Positions 7,115 to 8,513 of a DNA stretch of 8,513 nucleotides are shown here, piece by piece. The stretch's first letter is position 1. The number at the start of each line of letters is the position of its first letter. A program made the translations under genes and the position numbers. This DNA comes from a virus (Duplodnaviria > Heunggongvirae > Uroviricota > Caudoviricetes): the IMG/VR virus record IMGVR_UViG_2563366822_000013. The stretch is one strand, 5' to 3'. The notes under the pieces are model-generated. The model had not been told where the DNA came from. It saw nothing but the letters and a program-made list of their open reading frames with translations, and did not search any database.

Positions 7115-7434
7115 GGGGGGGGATGCGCAAAGCGGTTACAACGGTTACAAATTTAGAATTACTTATTTTTGTATTATATATCAATATATTATAACTGGTC
7201 GGATGAGTTACAAAAGCGGTTACAACGCGGTTACATGTAACCGTTTTGTTAGGTTACAGGCGGTTACAGGTTAAGTTTTTAATTGATTGATAATAAAGTG
7301 CTTTTTGAAACCTGTAACCGTTGTAACCGCAGTGTAACCGCAAAGCGGTTACAAACAATATCCATTAAAATCATGTTGTTAAGTGGTGTTTTTGACTGTT
7401 GTAACCGTTGTAACCGCTTTGCGCACCCCCCACC
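7115..7434. repeat. Array of 13 copies of (GC)GGTTACA / TGTAACC(GC), 7 forward and 6 reverse, bounded by 36-bp imperfect inverted repeats; candidate replication iterons or integrase arm-type sites
   Basis: Forward copies start at 7134, 7143, 7218, 7229, 7252, 7262 and 7347; reverse copies at 7236, 7313, 7322, 7333, 7400 and 7409; a degenerate AGTTACA at 7206. Copies are mostly paired at 9-11 bp spacing. Perfect palindromes CGGTTACATGTAACCG (7228-7243) and TGTAACCGC-AAA-GCGGTTACA (7333-7353). Outer arms GGGGGGGGATGCGCAAAGCGGTTACAACGGTTACAA (7115-7150) and its near-exact inverted copy (7399-7434). An AT-rich tract lies at 7151-7200. Confidence 0.75.
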
Positions 7435-7658
7435 GGATTATGAGGCAGAGCCCCAAAACAACTGGCCTGACCTCTAACAAAAATGCAACATCAGTCATTG
7501 ATTTTTTGGGGGCTGTCAGTCACGGGGAGTTGCCCTGTTGTTTGGCAGAAAAATGAAGTATGTACATGCGCGGCGGGGATGGTAAAAAACGTAATACACG
7601 CGGCGCAGTTGCCATAAAAAATCGCTCAAAAGCACTCTTTTTGACGCTATTGTTCATC

Positions 7659-7685
7659 TGCACAAAAGTGCACAAATTTGCACAA
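7659..7685 (+). repeat. Three direct TGCACAA repeats at exactly 10-bp spacing, with a fourth copy at 7751-7757; candidate regulator binding sites
   Basis: TGCACAAAAG / TGCACAAATT / TGCACAATTT at 7659, 7669 and 7679, then GTGCGTGCACAAAAAAC with TGCACAA at 7751-7757, in a region without credible coding potential. Confidence 0.4.
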
Positions 7686-7983
7686 TTTTTTAGAGTAACT
7701 TTTTGCCCATCCGGCCCAGTACTGGCGCGCCCGGAGGGCGATTTCGTGCGTGCACAAAAAACGGTGAGTTTTTCGCGCGCAGGTGACGGGGGAACAGCAC
7801 GCGTTTCAGGGGGTAAATTACATTTTCGCTAAAGACTGCGGGAATGCCTGACCGGATTAGTTTTATCGCCAGCCAGAGCCGTTCTTATGGCAAGAGAGAA
7901 CTGATACGGGGAATGTGAGGAGTGAGCATGGAAACTGTGTGCCTGCGCGTAATACGCGGCGACCGTCGCGGATTTATTTGATA

Positions 7984-8012
7984 CAGCCAGAGGGGGCGGC
8001 AGAAGATATAAT
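7984..8012 (+). promoter_or_regulatory. Putative promoter of the ogr-like gene: consensus -10 TATAAT with no good -35
   Basis: TATAAT at 8007-8012, 35 nt upstream of the ATG, with Shine-Dalgarno AAGAGGAG at 8033-8040. The sequence at the expected -35 position is a poor match, suggesting possible activator dependence. Confidence 0.25.
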
Positions 8013-8046
8013 AGGTCAAATTTCACACCAGTAAGAGGAGCGTGAT

Positions 8047-8229
8047 ATGTCTTTCCCTTGCCCGGCCTGTGGCGCTTCAGCCCGCACCCGTGGTCGTTCG
8101 TTGGAAGAACACGAACAAAATATCTACAAAACGTATTACCAGTGCAATAATATTGAGTGTGGGGCCTGTTTTTGTACGCTTGAGTCGTTTGTACGCATTA
8201 CTAAGCGCAGGAAGTCGAAAACTTCATAG
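8047..8229 (+). CDS. ogr: Ogr/Delta-family zinc-finger late-gene transcriptional activator, 60 aa
   Basis: Strong Shine-Dalgarno and ATG 8047. Protein MSFPCPACGASARTRGR...YYQCNNIECGACFCTLESF carries the CxxC...CxxxxC zinc finger and the surrounding pattern of P2 Ogr (CPLC...YHQCQNVNCSATF.TYES). Confidence 0.8.
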   Translation: MSFPCPACGASARTRGRSLEEHEQNIYKTYYQCNNIECGACFCTLESFVRITKRRKSKTS

Positions 8230-8279
8230 TGATTTGTATAACACAGCCAGCGAGCGTGACCGGCTGCGTTATTTCTGTA

Positions 8280-8513
8280 TTACGTCGTGTGGTTCTGGTC
8301 ATTTGCCCAGGCCCACACATCCCCCGCTACATTGCGTCCGTTGCAGTCTTCTTCCTGCGTTTCCCCGGCCTTAATTCCCTGACTGATAAACATTCTGACG
8401 CACTGGGAGTAGTTCATCTCTCTGTCCTGACATATCTGATTTATTTTATGGTCGATTTCGTGCGGGATACGAATACAGCGTAATACGCATCGCATTTTCT
8501 TTTGTTTTTTCAT
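8280..8513 (-). CDS. Hypothetical small DNA-binding protein, ribbon-helix-helix-like, 77 aa; start at or beyond the window edge
   Basis: Minus-strand ORF MKKQKKMRCVLRCIRIPHEIDHKINQICQDREMNYSQCVRMFISQGIK has a beta-strand/helix/helix pattern compatible with CopG/Arc-type RHH folds. It is more protein-like than the overlapping plus-strand ORFs and is convergent with the ogr-like gene. The start codon is the last three bases of the window. Confidence 0.45.
   Translation of the reverse strand: MKKQKKMRCVLRCIRIPHEIDHKINQICQDREMNYSQCVRMFISQGIKAGETQEEDCNGRNVAGDVWAWANDQNHTT

Noticed and set aside
7115-7434. Possible CRISPR array
   Set aside because: Repeat units are only 7-9 bp, occur in both orientations and at irregular short spacings, with no uniform spacers. 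This is not CRISPR architecture.
7283-7477. Track ORF of 64 aa containing the peptide CNRCNR twice
   Set aside because: It is a translation of the GGTTACA repeat array from a TTG start; the repeated peptide is an artefact of the DNA repeats.
7450-7513. Long-range inverted repeat GCCCCAAAA ... TTTTGGGGC
   Set aside because: Only about 8 bp of pairing with a roughly 45-nt loop; within chance expectation and without supporting context.
7707-7736. GC-rich palindromic cluster including the perfect palindrome CCAGTACTGG
   Set aside because: Short and isolated, with no repeat copies elsewhere in the window to suggest a REP element or conserved operator.
7560-7832. 90-aa plus-strand ORF
   Set aside because: It translates the TGCACAA repeat region and GC-rich palindromes, has no ribosome binding site and a low-complexity sequence; region treated as regulatory non-coding.
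8042-8483. Plus-strand ORFs of 110 and 84 aa overlapping ogr and the minus-strand gene
   Set aside because: They are alternative frames across the well-supported ogr gene and the RHH-like gene, with proline and arginine-rich, non-protein-like sequences.

Overview
The window reads as one predominantly plus-strand module of a P4-like satellite or integrative element of an Enterobacterales-type genome (host assignment is inference from composition and gene families). Left to right: a low-GC 350-aa cargo gene of unknown function (1-1053); an AlpA/Vis-family regulator (1149-1469); a roughly 550-bp leader with a promoter-like site and three mutually complementary segments that resemble the RNA-based immunity region of P4; four translationally coupled small ORFs (2019-2773); a second AT-rich small gene (2841-3146); a large zinc-finger/TOPRIM/P-loop primase-helicase (3191-5860); a P2-type tyrosine integrase that starts 2 nt after the primase stop (5863-6867); a clean intrinsic terminator; a 320-bp array of 13 copies of GCGGTTACA in both orientations, bounded by 36-bp inverted repeats; a non-coding stretch with helically phased TGCACAA repeats; an Ogr/Delta-family zinc-finger activator (8047-8229); and a convergent minus-strand ribbon-helix-helix-like ORF at the right edge. 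The most interesting candidates are the repeat array (replication origin versus attP arm sites), the P4-immunity-like leader, and the low-GC cargo gene. All calls rest on motif recognition by eye; no database search or folding calculation was run.
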